Of a stretch of DNA of 64,000 bases, positions 1-10,688 are shown in pieces. The number at the start of each line of letters is the position of its first letter. Positions within the stretch are counted from its first letter, which is position 1. The translations under genes and the position numbers were made by a program. The notes beneath the pieces are model-generated. The model did not search any database. It was not told the origin of the DNA and saw only the letters and a list, made by a program, of their open reading frames with translations. Source of the stretch: Balanoglossus misakiensis (taxonomy: Eukaryota > Animalia > Hemichordata); NCBI GenBank assembly GCA_040954595.2, contig CM082587.2, positions 8,995,403 to 9,059,402 on the forward strand, given 5' to 3'.

Positions 1-530
1 GAAGTTTTTTTTTTCATTTTCGCAATACCACCCTGTTTCATCATTTTGCTAGCCTGGTCTCCATACCCAGTGTGTTTTAGATAGACTCACACACAAGGGT
101 CTGGCCACAGAGTCAACTATCTTCCATTTAGAAGATCTGCATGTCAATAGAGCTCAAAATGCGATGTTACGGCAACGACGTCACCGCATGGTCTTGACTC
201 TGACGTCGTTCAAGTCAATCAAGTGACACACCACTGATTGGCCAGAGCAATGGGGGTCTCAGTCTATGCTGTGACCAGGTGTAACCTCTTTTGTTGTCCA
301 CTTTATTGTAGCTGTATGCAGATTCTGCGCAATATGGCTGTTGCTATCGTGGTATCGATGCATCGCCAAGAGATGACAAACTGATGCAAATGCAAGTAAT
401 ATGGCTTAATGGTGGGGATTTTAAAGGATAAGAAATATATTTTAAGTATTTTATTATGGAAAAATAAGTGAAATCTGGCAGGGGCTTTTATGCTTGAAAA
501 TATTCGCATGGCTACAGTCCACACTAACAT

Positions 531-880
531 TATACACATGATGACTGACAATGAGGGCAACAGTGTATTTTGATGACCGAGGGCGCTGCTAGTCACAACT
601 AAAACAGTCTTGTTTTCCCAAGGGCATAGCCCGAGGGAAAACAGACTGTTTTGGTGTGACTGGCAGTCCCGAGGTCATCAAAAATAAACTGTTGCCCGAA
701 TATGTCAGTCCTCATGTGTTATATAACACACCAAACACGACACACACCACATCCAGGCAACAATACCGGGCAGAAACCGATTGAACTGATGCCTTAGGGA
801 ACAGTTCGAAATGACTAAGGTCACGTGACGGCGTATTGACGAATCACGATCGAGGGTTTGCTGCATGGTGTGTTATAATA
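531..880. mobile_element. Non-autonomous hairpin element (long imperfect palindrome plus short IR-bounded module)
   Basis: Arms ~531-620 and ~632-725 are imperfect reverse complements around CCCAAGGGCATAGCCCGAGGG; second IR ATAACACACCA/TGGTGTGTTAT encloses a TCACGTGAC...CGAATCACG motif also seen at ~14430-14456. Confidence 0.6.
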
Positions 881-899
881 AACAGTGATGATCGGAGAC

Positions 900-1310
900 C
901 GGAGACCAGGGCGTAGGGGAAAAGAAACGCCCGGGGACAGTCTCTTTTTACGCACAGAATTCTGTGCGCAGAACGACACGGGTGGTAAATCTTGCATGTA
1001 AGCTAATTGGTCACTCAATGTAAACCAAATGACTTCATCGCATTCTAAATAAGGAAATAGAGGTGGAGTCACCAAGTATGTTTTCAAAACGGGATGTGGG
1101 AGTGGTTTTGAAGGTGTATGAATATTCATAACCAAGCTTTGTTAATTATATCATCCAACCACTGGCGCCGTCAACATTTGATAGATCACTCGTTATCCAT
1201 TCGTCACTAAGCGACCCTGATCGTTGCCAGGGCTACTATCTTTCAGCTCAGCAGGACATTACGCGACTGTCCCCGGGCGTTGTATTCTAGATCGACGCCC
1301 TGGTCTCCGG
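900..1310. repeat. Inverted-repeat-bounded element (MITE-like)
   Basis: GGAGACCAGGGCGT (~901) pairs with ACGCCCTGGTCTCC (~1295); ACGCCCGGGGACAGTC (~927) pairs with GACTGTCCCCGGGCGT (~1265). Confidence 0.45.
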
Positions 1311-1400
1311 GCTAGGAAATCTGCCCAGAGAGGCTAGGTAAGCTGTAGTCTTGCTCCAAGACTGTGTGATACTGAACAAGAAATGCGCGTCCGCGTTGCG

Positions 1401-1590
1401 TATAGGGCTGGTTTGTCTTAACCGCCATCTTGGAAACAAGGTGCGTTGTGGGATAGAATTGGAGGGTTTTGGAGGGGTAATTATGCACATGTGCATAATG
1501 AACCCTCCAATTATCCCTCCAAAACCTTCCAATTCTATCCCACAACGCACCTTGTTTCCAAGATGGCGGTTAAGACAAACCTGCCCTATA
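1401..1590. mobile_element. Near-perfect 190-bp palindromic MITE
   Basis: TATAGGGC...GCCCTATA ends; the two halves are reverse complements around TTATGCACATGTGCATAA. Confidence 0.7.
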
Positions 1591-2555
1591 GAACAGGACG
1601 CGACGCTAATCACACATATATGTGTGCAGAAACGTACAGTCGCTATGCCTGGCGGCGCGTCCACGTACGCTGACGCAGTTCCGAAAGTTCCATAGGCACA
1701 GCGACTGCAGTCTAGGTAAGGGCGACGTTTTTATTTTCTGTGTTTCTCATCTCCCGACCGACCGTAAATTTCAGCTCCGACATGAAAATAAAAAAAACTG
1801 TTTTATTTGCGCCGACTCTGAGCCTGAGGCGATCATCCTAGCAACAGCGCCCCCAACGGCTAATTGTGAGATTTTGCAAATATGACGTCATATTCATCAT
1901 GGCGGTCGTGTCGGACCATGCAGACGGTAGAAGTTGCAACTGGAAAATGACCTGAGGGCAGCGCTGCCCTCAGGGCAGCAGCAAATGGGTACACAACATT
2001 CAATGACGTCACAGAAAATAGTCCCGCGTAAGAACCCATGCGGCGAGTGCCAAGTCCTGGCTGCCAGTGTCCTGCATGCTGCAGATTACACCTCGGTGTG
2101 GGATCCTACCGTTGTTGAAGGTAAGTTAAATTCCCGAAAGACATGTTGAAAATACATAATATATCAACACGTTCGTACTGACTACATTAGCAGAGTTGCA
2201 TGGGCAATTAAATTTGCAAACGATGTTATTTTGTTAGTAATGTCTAATGGTTCGCAGCTGACCAGGCCCTCATGATGCATGCACGAGACATATATATTAA
2301 ACATGACAGAAAAATTACAACTTCTTTAGAAATTCGTTGCATAGTGAATATCCGATAATACCTCCATGTGTATACGGTATATATCAATCTGCTCTGATCG
2401 TAGCAATATTAAGAGGTTATAACTTATAAACGGCAAGCTAGGCTATTTGGTTTTGAATATGAGACCTCTGGGGTAAAAATTAGCATATTTGGCAGGCGGG
2501 AAATACTAGTAATCTGCCCTGAGGGCAACTCAGACATTCATTTCATATGTTTATA

Positions 2556-2883
2556 CATGTCATTGCATAGCATCTGCCCTGAGGGCAACACTATATCTGA
2601 GCTGCCCTCAGGGCAGACATACATTTCATTTGTACGTACATGTCATTGCATAGCATCTGCCCTGAGGGCAACACTATATCTGAGCTGCCCTCAGGGCAGA
2701 CATTCATTTCATATGTACGTACATGTCATTGCATAGCATCTGCCCTGAGGGCAACACTATATCTGAGCTGCCCTCAGGGCAGACATTCATTTCATATGTA
2801 CGTACATGTCATTGCATAGTATCTGCCCTGAGGGCAACACTATATCTTAGCTGCCCTCAGGGCAGACATTCATTTCATATGTA
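2556..2883. repeat. 83-bp tandem array, left part (~4 units)
   Basis: Unit ACATGTCATTGCATAGCATCTGCCCTGAGGGCAACACTATATCTGAGCTGCCCTCAGGGCAGACATTCATTTCATATGTACGT, e.g. starting at 2721 and 2804. Confidence 0.95.
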
Positions 2884-3448
2884 TGTAGAGGTTTAACGAG
2901 GTCCATTTTACATTTCTGAATGCCTTTGCGGTTTTTGTAATTACTCAGCAGGCGCGGCACACGCGCCAAAACCGATTAGCCTGTTAGTACGCACGTTCAG
3001 TTTTCATTCAATGTTTGCCTTTGGTTGTCTAGCAACGACGATTTCGAGCGACAGCTGTCAATCATTTATTTAGCTACTTTTCTTGGCTTGAAGCCGACAT
3101 GATATGTAGATTTTAGGTGCTTTCTCCGACGTCCGATATGCAAATTAGCTTTTCTGATTTTGAATCCGACCCGAGGGTATATAAGTAGCGATTCTCTTTA
3201 AAACGGGGTCGCTCAAGGGGTTTTTCTTATCGAGGCCACACCAGCAACAGCAAAGAAGGTACAGCTCTTCATTTTTACGCAGTATTGTTGATCATTTTTC
3301 GTGTTCAGTTAATAAATACGCCACGTTGGCTTCTACACTTTATTATTTTGTCCTTGTGCGCTCTGTCACTCGGGTGTAAGGTCGTTACCCTTACTGATCA
3401 CCTGACCAGTCTCAACGTAATAATAACGGCGAAGGAAAAATCTCGACA
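2884..3448 (+). repeat. 5' LTR (565 bp)
   Basis: TG...CA ends with imperfect terminal IR TGTAGAGGTTT / AAATCTCGACA; TATATAA ~3178 and AATAAA ~3311; repeated at 10689. Confidence 0.93.
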
Positions 3449-3450
3449 AT

Positions 3451-3469
3451 TGGTGGCAGCGGTGGGATT
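3451..3469 (+). promoter_or_regulatory. Primer binding site complementary to tRNA-Leu 3' end
   Basis: TGGTGGCAGCGGTGGGATT, 2 nt after the LTR, is the reverse complement of the metazoan tRNA-Leu 3' end AATCCCACCGCTGCCA-CCA. Confidence 0.88.
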
Positions 3470-3557
3470 TTACGTCAGAGACTGTAGTACGAGAGCACAA
3501 GTTGAGCGACCAACGAAATAAAACTGAAATCGAGAACTTAGCTCCCCTTCGAAAATT

Positions 3558-5147
3558 ATGTCAGCCCCCGACGACAGCACATCGGCTATCGACAGAACAA
3601 GTAGTTTAGATGACACCGATAAGGTAATAATGTTTAAGGCATCGAACAAATCACCTGATACGTCCGACTCCGAAGAGAGCACTTGTGGCCTCACGAGTGG
3701 AGCTGGAGGTCCTGCCAAAGTACACAGCCCCTTTGCCGAAGTTTTGTCGAAAACTGTCGGGAGGGTGCGGTCCACGTTATTCGGTTCAGCGGCATCTAAA
3801 CAAAACAGCCCCGTCACGCACTCGCCTGGCCCACAACTCTCGACCCCAGGACCCTCTGGCGACCAACTCAGCCAATTCGTCCCCCAATCTCCGTTGTCTA
3901 ATACCGACGAATCGACGTCATCCCCGAAAATATATGAACAACAAGGGGGGCGACCAAAACACCGTTCTCCAGTCGTGCCACCGCAGCGGGAGTCGACGAT
4001 CGAACGAAACGCCGTGCGGTTCGACCTCCGCACGTCTACACCCAACTTCGAATCTCCCCCAGAAAGACCTACCGTAGTCCCGGTGTCGTATGACCACGAC
4101 CCTAGTACTCGAAGACGTGAGGAATCAGCTTTGTCTCCGTCTGAACAGCACCGTAATATACGCAAAAACGACGATCAGCGCTCCAGCACGACCGACCGAG
4201 ATTATCCCGACCATTTCTCTGCCGACGCTGTACCCTATCCGTATCACCGCCTAAACGACGAAATGAATGTGAACGTCACACCTCACCCTCATGGACCGTA
4301 TGGGATACGCCCCCCTCACCGCCCACTGGTTATGCCCGACCGATTTGACGGAATAATATCATGGGAAGATTATAAATCCCATTTCCAATATTGTTCCCTG
4401 CTTAATGGCTGGAATGAAGCACAAAAAGGTCAGTTTCTAGCAGCCTTGCTGAATGGCCCCGCCCAGAAAGTGTTAAAGCGATTAGAGAATAATGGTAAGG
4501 TGACGTATGCCCGTTTAGTTCGACAATTGGACAACCAGTACAGCACCGTCGGCCAAGCTGAAAAGTTTCTGTTTCAGCTACAAAGTCGACGTCGCCGTCG
4601 CGACGAATCCCTCGCAGAATTCGGAAACTCCATCCTAGAGCTCACCGAATGCGCCTATCCTGAGCTCGATTCTACCGCCGTAGACAGATTAGCGAGGCAG
4701 TACTTCGAGACAGCCCTTACCGACCCGATGTTGCGCATGGATCTGCACCGTTCCCAACCGAAGTCGATGAACGACGCGATCCGAACGGCCATCTCCCTGG
4801 AGGCCTATTTCCTAGCTGAGGACGACCGGGCGAATCGCCGCCGCCCCTTATCTCGACGCATCCAACAGACTGATCATAACATCGACGAAGCTACATCCTA
4901 CAACGGCTCAGTCCTGCGTGTCCGGAACGAACGGACTTCATCGGACCGACCTCCTGATCGTCGCGATTCTTGGAGCGACGAAACACAGAGAAGGTATCAG
5001 CGGGGCGAATGTTTTCTCTGCGGAGAAAAGGGACATTTGCGCCGATCTTGCCCCCATCGTCAGGACGGGGGAAACGACAGCCGACCAAACGACAGGGGCA
5101 ACGCGAGGTCGGACAACGGTACCCAGCCCCGCCCCCGAAATTTGTAA
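3558..5147 (+). CDS. gag: Gag protein (529 aa)
   Basis: Capsid-like region PDRFDG..WEDY..HF..CS.LNGW; CCHC knuckle CFLCGEKGHLRRSC. Confidence 0.93.
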   Translation: MSAPDDSTSAIDRTSSLDDTDKVIMFKASNKSPDTSDSEESTCGLTSGAGGPAKVHSPFAEVLSKTVGRVRSTLFGSAASKQNSPVTHSPGPQLSTPGPSGDQLSQFVPQSPLSNTDESTSSPKIYEQQGGRPKHRSPVVPPQRESTIERNAVRFDLRTSTPNFESPPERPTVVPVSYDHDPSTRRREESALSPSEQHRNIRKNDDQRSSTTDRDYPDHFSADAVPYPYHRLNDEMNVNVTPHPHGPYGIRPPHRPLVMPDRFDGIISWEDYKSHFQYCSLLNGWNEAQKGQFLAALLNGPAQKVLKRLENNGKVTYARLVRQLDNQYSTVGQAEKFLFQLQSRRRRRDESLAEFGNSILELTECAYPELDSTAVDRLARQYFETALTDPMLRMDLHRSQPKSMNDAIRTAISLEAYFLAEDDRANRRRPLSRRIQQTDHNIDEATSYNGSVLRVRNERTSSDRPPDRRDSWSDETQRRYQRGECFLCGEKGHLRRSCPHRQDGGNDSRPNDRGNARSDNGTQPRPRNL

Positions 5148-8100
5148 GACCCCACAATCGACCAGCAAACCGCAACGGCAACAGAGATGTTACTTTTTCC
5201 CCCAGTTCCAATAAACGACAGAATGACGACAATGGTTTTAGTCATAATTTGCGACCGGCGTTCTACGTAATGACTCGAATCAATGGGTTAGACGTTTGTT
5301 CTTTCATTGATAGCGGGTCGGAAATCACAATAATTTCAAAGCAAGTGTATAATAAGTTACCGGAGTCTCGTCGCCCTCCGCTAGCCCCGTCAACTATTCA
5401 ACCGTCCATGGCCGATGGGTCTACACGTCTTTTTCTTTACGGGGAGGCCGACTTCAATATTTCGGTGGGTAATAATACGACAGAAATACATGCATTCGTT
5501 GCCGACATTAGTGAAAATGTAATTCTGGGGGGCGACTACTTACTACAGGGTCAGGCAGAAATTCGTACGCATTCTTTGACGTTGGGATTTCACGACGGAG
5601 ACGTCCCCTTGTTGGACCGGCGGGGAGGAAACCTGACTGCCCGGGTGTCAGTGACACACGACGTCGTCGTGCCTGCCGGTCATGAGGTGGTCATCGCTGG
5701 TCATTTATCCCGTCCCATCACAGGTAGTATTTGTGGTGTTGTCGAGCCAACACGAGGTAACCTGGCGGCGAAACACGGTGTTGTCGTCGGAAGAATTTTA
5801 GTCAGTACCGCCAATAGAAACGTGCCATTGCGATTATTGAACGTCAGCGAAAAGGACCACTTCATTCGGCGTGGTACGGTGGTCGCCGTAACTACCAGCA
5901 CCGATACAACAATTCTTCCCCAACCTGTGGAGCCAGCGATTAGTGACCCTAAGAACGAATTCTCCACCCCACCTAAACCGATACCGACGCATCTGGAAGA
6001 TATATATAAGGAAAGTCTCGAGACAGTGGGAAAATCGAATGCGGGGAAAATTGCCGACTTTCTCTGCAAATGGGAGAATATTTTCTCCAGAGATAAAAGC
6101 GACGTCGGCCGGAGCAACATAACGAAACATCATATTTCAACTGGTGATCATCCACCGCTCAGACAACAACCCCGACGACAATCCCCCTGGACTCGGGAAG
6201 AGACGACCAAATTAGTGAATGAGATGCTTCGTAGTGACGTAATCGAGCCATCTCACAGTCCCTGGGCTGCTCCGATTGTTCTAGTGCGTAAATCGGACGG
6301 TAGCTCTCGGTTCTGTGTAGACTACCGCCGTCTTAACGACATCACGAAAAAGGATGCATACGCCATACCACGAATCGAAGACAGTGTCAACGCACTTGCC
6401 GGAGCTTGCTGGTTCACAACGCTCGACCTCACCAGTGGCTTTTGGCAGGTGGCACTCGACGACGATGCCAAAGAAAAGACTGCCTTCACAACATGGAACG
6501 GCCTGTTTCAGTGGAAAGTGATGCCGTTCGGACTTTGCAACGCGCCGGCAACTTTTCAACGACTGATGGAGTACGCACTGGCAGGGTTACAATGGGAGAT
6601 CCTGCTGTTGTATTTAGACGATATCATCGTTTTCGCCTCTTCCTTCGACCAAATGTTAGAACGACTAGACATGGTATTCCATCGTTTGCAGACAGCCGGC
6701 TTAAAGTTGAAACCCAGTAAATGCAAATTGTTTCAGAAACAAGTCGACTATTTAGGCCATCGCGTTTCCGCCGCCGGAATCGAAACGAGCCCCAAAAAGG
6801 TCGAAGCCGTCAAGTTTTGGCCCACACCGACAAACGTGCATGAAGTTCGCGCATTCTTAGGCCTTGCGTCTTACTATCGCCGGTTCGTCCACAACTTTTC
6901 AATCATCGCGAGACCCCTTACCAGGCTGACCGAGAAAAACCAACCCTTCTTCTGGGACAACGAATGCGACTGCGCCTTCAACACTCTCAAAGGAAAGCTC
7001 ATAAGTGCGCCAGTGTTAGCTTATCCAATCCCCGATGCTCCCCTCATCCTCGACACCGACGCTAGTAAGTTTGGGATAGGCGGCGTCCTCTCTCAAATCG
7101 AAAACGGCGTTGAACGAGTCATCAGCTTTGCCAGCCGGAGTCTATCGAAAGCCGAGCGGAACTACTGTGTTACGCGGAAAGAATTACTCGCAGCGGTCCA
7201 CTTCATGAAACACTTTCGCCCATATTTATACGGTCAGCCCTTCACACTTCGAACAGACCACGCCTCTCTCCGATGGCTTGTCAACTTCAAGGAACCTGAA
7301 GGACAACTGGCTCGTTGGCTCGAAGTTATAAGCGAATTCGACTACAAAATAATACATCGACCGGGAAAGAAACATCAGAATGCAGACGGCCTGTCAAGGA
7401 GGCCGTGCCGACAGTGTGGACGAGCCCACCCCAGCGATAGGCCTGCCGACCGAGAGAACGCACCAACGTTAGCGAAGGTGACGGTGCCAGGTTACCAATC
7501 GACAGCAACACAGACCGAGACCGACCCAGCGAACACAAACTCATCATCAACCGGGGACCTGCCAACGTCGACGTCAACCGGACCCGAAACCGAGCGTCGT
7601 AAATCAAGTTGTCCTGATGTCGACGGCGACCCGGAAGAGAAAACGACAAATGCAATTGGCCTACAACTACGTTATGACAACGAAACACTGCGAAAACTAC
7701 AACTGGATGATCCCGACGTTGGCCCAATATTACGACTGAAGGAAGGTGACGATACGCGCCCAGACTGGCAAACGGTATCCCCTTCCAGTTCAGCAGTAAA
7801 GGCATATTGGGGTTCGTGGGATTTGCTAGAAATTCACGACGGCGTACTTTATCGGCGATGGATATCCAGCCGAGACAATACCCACCGATTATTACTGATT
7901 CCCCCGTGCTCACTCAAAGACGAAATATTCGACGAGTTACATTCGGCCAAAACTGCAGCTCATTTTGGTGTTTTTAAGACGAAACGGAAAATTCTCCAAC
8001 GGTATTATTGGTATGGTGCGACGAACGACATTAGGGCGATGATCAGACGATGCGACGTATGTGCTGCTAGAAAGAGCCATGGACGAAAACGTCGTGGACG

Positions 8101-9205
8101 GCTTCAACAGTACGTCGTCGGATCCCCTCTTGATCGAGTGGCATTCGATATAATTGGCCCCTTTCCTATCACCGAACGCAACAACAGGTGGATTTTGGTC
8201 ATCGGCGATTATTTCACCAAGTGGGTAGAGGCGTACCCCATCCCTAACCAAGAGGCTGCGACGGTCGCCGAGAAATTGGCCGGCGAGTTTATAACCCGTT
8301 TCGGCACACCACGTCAACTTCATTCCGACCAAGGTGCAAACTTCGAGTCACGGGTTATGTCAGAAGTATGTCGGCTGCTAGGCATTAAGAAAACCCGCAC
8401 AGCGCCCTACAACCCAAAGAGTGATGGATACGTCGAACGGTTCATGAGGACAATTTCGCAGTCAGTCTCAATCTTGGTCAACCCCGACCAATCCGATTGG
8501 GATCTTGTGGTCCCGTACGCGATGATGGCGTACCGAAGTAGCGTCCAGGCGAGTACGTCGGAAACACCGGCGATGTTGATGCTCGGTAGAGAAGTCGCAC
8601 TACCAATAGATTTACTACACGGCCCCACACCCGAACCCGACCAGAACGAGAATACAGATTATGCACTACAACTCCGTAAGAGGATGCAACTGGCGCACGA
8701 GCGCGCCCGCCTTGCACTGAAAAAGAGTGCGGTTACACAGAAGCGAGAGTACGACAATCGTGCATCAGGAACTCCACTTGAAGTTGGCCAGTTCGTCTGG
8801 CTTCACATCGAGGCGTTCAAAAAGGGGACTTCAAGAAAGTTAGCAGCCCGCCGGTGGGACGGCCCCTACCTCATCACTGATAAATTGTCCGATGTGCTAT
8901 TCAGAATTCAACGTGGTAGAAATTACCGACCAAGAGTGATACACTACGATCGCCTAAAACCTTATACGGGTAACGACGGCGTCGACTGGCGGGACAAACA
9001 GCGAATTATCACGGCTACCGAAAACAGTGAAAATGATAGAAGCGAACCGGGTGACTGTGTTCACCGCTCGTCCCCACCGCGGCAACGTTCACGCGCCTAC
9101 CGGCGTTCGAACATGAGCCGCCACCGGCTATATCCCCAGAGACAACGGCAACCGCCCCAGCGCTACGGTGATTGGTCATATTGTCCCGGCAACGACAGCG
9201 TGTAG
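4970..9205 (+). CDS. pol: Pol polyprotein (protease, RT, RNase H, integrase), -1 frame relative to gag
   Basis: FIDSGSE protease motif; MPFGL and YLDD RT motifs; DASKFGIGGVL RNase H; HHCC (H..AHFG..CDVC), DIIGPF/HSDQG/ERF integrase core, WDGPY motif; no stops. Confidence 0.97.
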   Translation: MERRNTEKVSAGRMFSLRRKGTFAPILPPSSGRGKRQPTKRQGQREVGQRYPAPPPKFVRPHNRPANRNGNRDVTFSPSSNKRQNDDNGFSHNLRPAFYVMTRINGLDVCSFIDSGSEITIISKQVYNKLPESRRPPLAPSTIQPSMADGSTRLFLYGEADFNISVGNNTTEIHAFVADISENVILGGDYLLQGQAEIRTHSLTLGFHDGDVPLLDRRGGNLTARVSVTHDVVVPAGHEVVIAGHLSRPITGSICGVVEPTRGNLAAKHGVVVGRILVSTANRNVPLRLLNVSEKDHFIRRGTVVAVTTSTDTTILPQPVEPAISDPKNEFSTPPKPIPTHLEDIYKESLETVGKSNAGKIADFLCKWENIFSRDKSDVGRSNITKHHISTGDHPPLRQQPRRQSPWTREETTKLVNEMLRSDVIEPSHSPWAAPIVLVRKSDGSSRFCVDYRRLNDITKKDAYAIPRIEDSVNALAGACWFTTLDLTSGFWQVALDDDAKEKTAFTTWNGLFQWKVMPFGLCNAPATFQRLMEYALAGLQWEILLLYLDDIIVFASSFDQMLERLDMVFHRLQTAGLKLKPSKCKLFQKQVDYLGHRVSAAGIETSPKKVEAVKFWPTPTNVHEVRAFLGLASYYRRFVHNFSIIARPLTRLTEKNQPFFWDNECDCAFNTLKGKLISAPVLAYPIPDAPLILDTDASKFGIGGVLSQIENGVERVISFASRSLSKAERNYCVTRKELLAAVHFMKHFRPYLYGQPFTLRTDHASLRWLVNFKEPEGQLARWLEVISEFDYKIIHRPGKKHQNADGLSRRPCRQCGRAHPSDRPADRENAPTLAKVTVPGYQSTATQTETDPANTNSSSTGDLPTSTSTGPETERRKSSCPDVDGDPEEKTTNAIGLQLRYDNETLRKLQLDDPDVGPILRLKEGDDTRPDWQTVSPSSSAVKAYWGSWDLLEIHDGVLYRRWISSRDNTHRLLLIPPCSLKDEIFDELHSAKTAAHFGVFKTKRKILQRYYWYGATNDIRAMIRRCDVCAARKSHGRKRRGRLQQYVVGSPLDRVAFDIIGPFPITERNNRWILVIGDYFTKWVEAYPIPNQEAATVAEKLAGEFITRFGTPRQLHSDQGANFESRVMSEVCRLLGIKKTRTAPYNPKSDGYVERFMRTISQSVSILVNPDQSDWDLVVPYAMMAYRSSVQASTSETPAMLMLGREVALPIDLLHGPTPEPDQNENTDYALQLRKRMQLAHERARLALKKSAVTQKREYDNRASGTPLEVGQFVWLHIEAFKKGTSRKLAARRWDGPYLITDKLSDVLFRIQRGRNYRPRVIHYDRLKPYTGNDGVDWRDKQRIITATENSENDRSEPGDCVHRSSPPRQRSRAYRRSNMSRHRLYPQRQRQPPQRYGDWSYCPGNDSV
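5069..5131 (+). promoter_or_regulatory. Predicted -1 ribosomal frameshift signal (slippery heptamer plus pseudoknot)
   Basis: G GGA AAC in the gag frame at 5069-5075; 5-nt spacer; stem CCGACC (5081-5086)/GGTCGG (5107-5112); loop GGGGC (5095-5099) can pair with GCCCC (5126-5130). Confidence 0.7.
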
Positions 9206-9865
9206 CCGCAGAGGATACGACGGGTATCACGGGAGAATCGCACGCTCCCCAGAGATTGGCATCTCTGCCCAGTGTAGCCAGGAACAAGAGTGCGGGAGGA
9301 AGGACGACGGAAGTGAAGTGCGGGAAAAGGAATTATTTAATAAATCAGAAGGCCGAGATAGATAGAGATGGTGATGTATCTTAGCCTACGACTACGACTA
9401 CGACTACGATGAAGCGAGAAGTCGCACGATGCAGCGAGAATGCCGTCGAGCGATATACCTGATATATTAGAATTTAGATAGGAGCCGGCCGATAGTATCA
9501 TATGCCGTATGTACCGGCGACGATATGCTGTCTTCAAAAATTATTTCGACTCTCCAGAAGGTAAGCACGTCGAATTTTGTGCTTTCTACATGAATTCACC
9601 ATTGGCGAAAACTTCTCTTTTTCTGTTTGGATTGAGGATCATCGGCACTCCGCTGGCCGTGAAAAAGCGTCCAATCAGTGCACGACTTGCGTGGATTTCT
9701 TAGACGACCAACGGCAATCCTCCGTTCCGTCACGGTTAATTTTAGGGGGGTTGGACCAAGCTTGGTTCGCTACGTTGAGAACAGTATAAATAGGGCAACA
9801 ATGAACCGGGAACGTCGCTCTTCTCACCCGGTCCGATCAGCGCAGAAACCACTAAACTACAAGAG

Positions 9866-10534
9866 ATGAACTCCTTCAGGCGAGATCAGGCAGGGAGACG
9901 AATTTGTATTAGGTGTGGATGCGTATTCGAACACTCGTTCGAGTACAACGAACACCCGTGCGTCGCCAACCGAAACACCGGCAGCGTAGCTACCAGTACC
10001 GTGTCCGTCGCCGAGGCAGATCCAGCCCCACCCGCAGATTCCACACGGCGCCGACCGTCAACACCCCAACCCATCCGTCATGGTGATGTATTCGCCCCAC
10101 TCGATCTCAATCGGGTGGAGAGAGTGGAGGACTCTCACACCCACCGCATATACTCCCATGGAGCAATCAAGGCGGAGACCAATACCAAGCGGGTCTACTA
10201 TCTGCTGAATTCGACCACAGCATCAACGACAACGTCCGGTCCACCTGTGGAGCCGGGGACCGTTCTGCAGCTGCCGGCGGCAGCGACGCCGACCGTCTCC
10301 TCCTGCGCCCGTACAGTCGTCCTTCAGCAAAGGACCGACAAGCCACCTGCCAACACCCCGGGGACCCAGACCAAGAAGAGAAGGAGGGGAGCCCCATCAG
10401 CAAAGAAGGTAACTACCAGCCAGGCCAGAACCAGCACCGCCGGTCGACCCAGACTACAGCTATTAGAGCTGAGCCCAGAAGATGAAGAGAATTTGAATCT
10501 GCCGCCGCGGACGCCGGGGAGAGACGACGAGTAA
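9866..10534 (+). CDS. Additional retrotransposon ORF3 (222 aa), unknown function
   Basis: ATG-initiated ORF between pol and the PPT; N-terminal CIRC-x9-NEHPC, Pro/Thr-rich middle, basic KKRRR; no transmembrane segment. Confidence 0.55.
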   Translation: MNSFRRDQAGRRICIRCGCVFEHSFEYNEHPCVANRNTGSVATSTVSVAEADPAPPADSTRRRPSTPQPIRHGDVFAPLDLNRVERVEDSHTHRIYSHGAIKAETNTKRVYYLLNSTTASTTTSGPPVEPGTVLQLPAAATPTVSSCARTVVLQQRTDKPPANTPGTQTKKRRRGAPSAKKVTTSQARTSTAGRPRLQLLELSPEDEENLNLPPRTPGRDDE

Positions 10535-10674
10535 CATTTTTGTATTGAACTCTTTTTCTTGAACATTTTCTGCATTTTTCTCATTGTGAAGCTGTACGGG
10601 GTGGGGGTCCCTTCCCTTAGAAATATTTTTTGCGATTCAACTTTTTCTTGTACAATAGTCGGAACTTTATTGTC

Positions 10675-10688
10675 TTAGAGGGGGGTAA
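10675..10688 (+). promoter_or_regulatory. Polypurine tract
   Basis: TTAGAGGGGGGTAA directly before the TG of the 3' LTR. Confidence 0.85.

Noticed and set aside
1287-1695. Mirror ORFs on both strands
   Set aside because: Produced by the 1401-1590 palindrome.
1934-2149. Identical 71-aa ORFs at 1934 (+) and 12156-12371 (-)
   Set aside because: Consequence of the TIR duplication; non-ATG start and no recognisable motifs.
2556-2883. 83-bp palindromic array as a CRISPR
   Set aside because: No unique spacers, no cas genes, eukaryotic context; it is a transposon-internal tandem repeat.
3451-3469. tRNA gene
   Set aside because: Only the 19-nt complement of a tRNA 3' end; it is the PBS.
3285-3521. 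Hydrophobic ORF in the LTR (also 11090) as env or a signal peptide
   Set aside because: TTG start in T-rich LTR sequence; no supporting features.
3470-4165. 231-aa antisense ORF
   Set aside because: Shadow of GC-rich gag.
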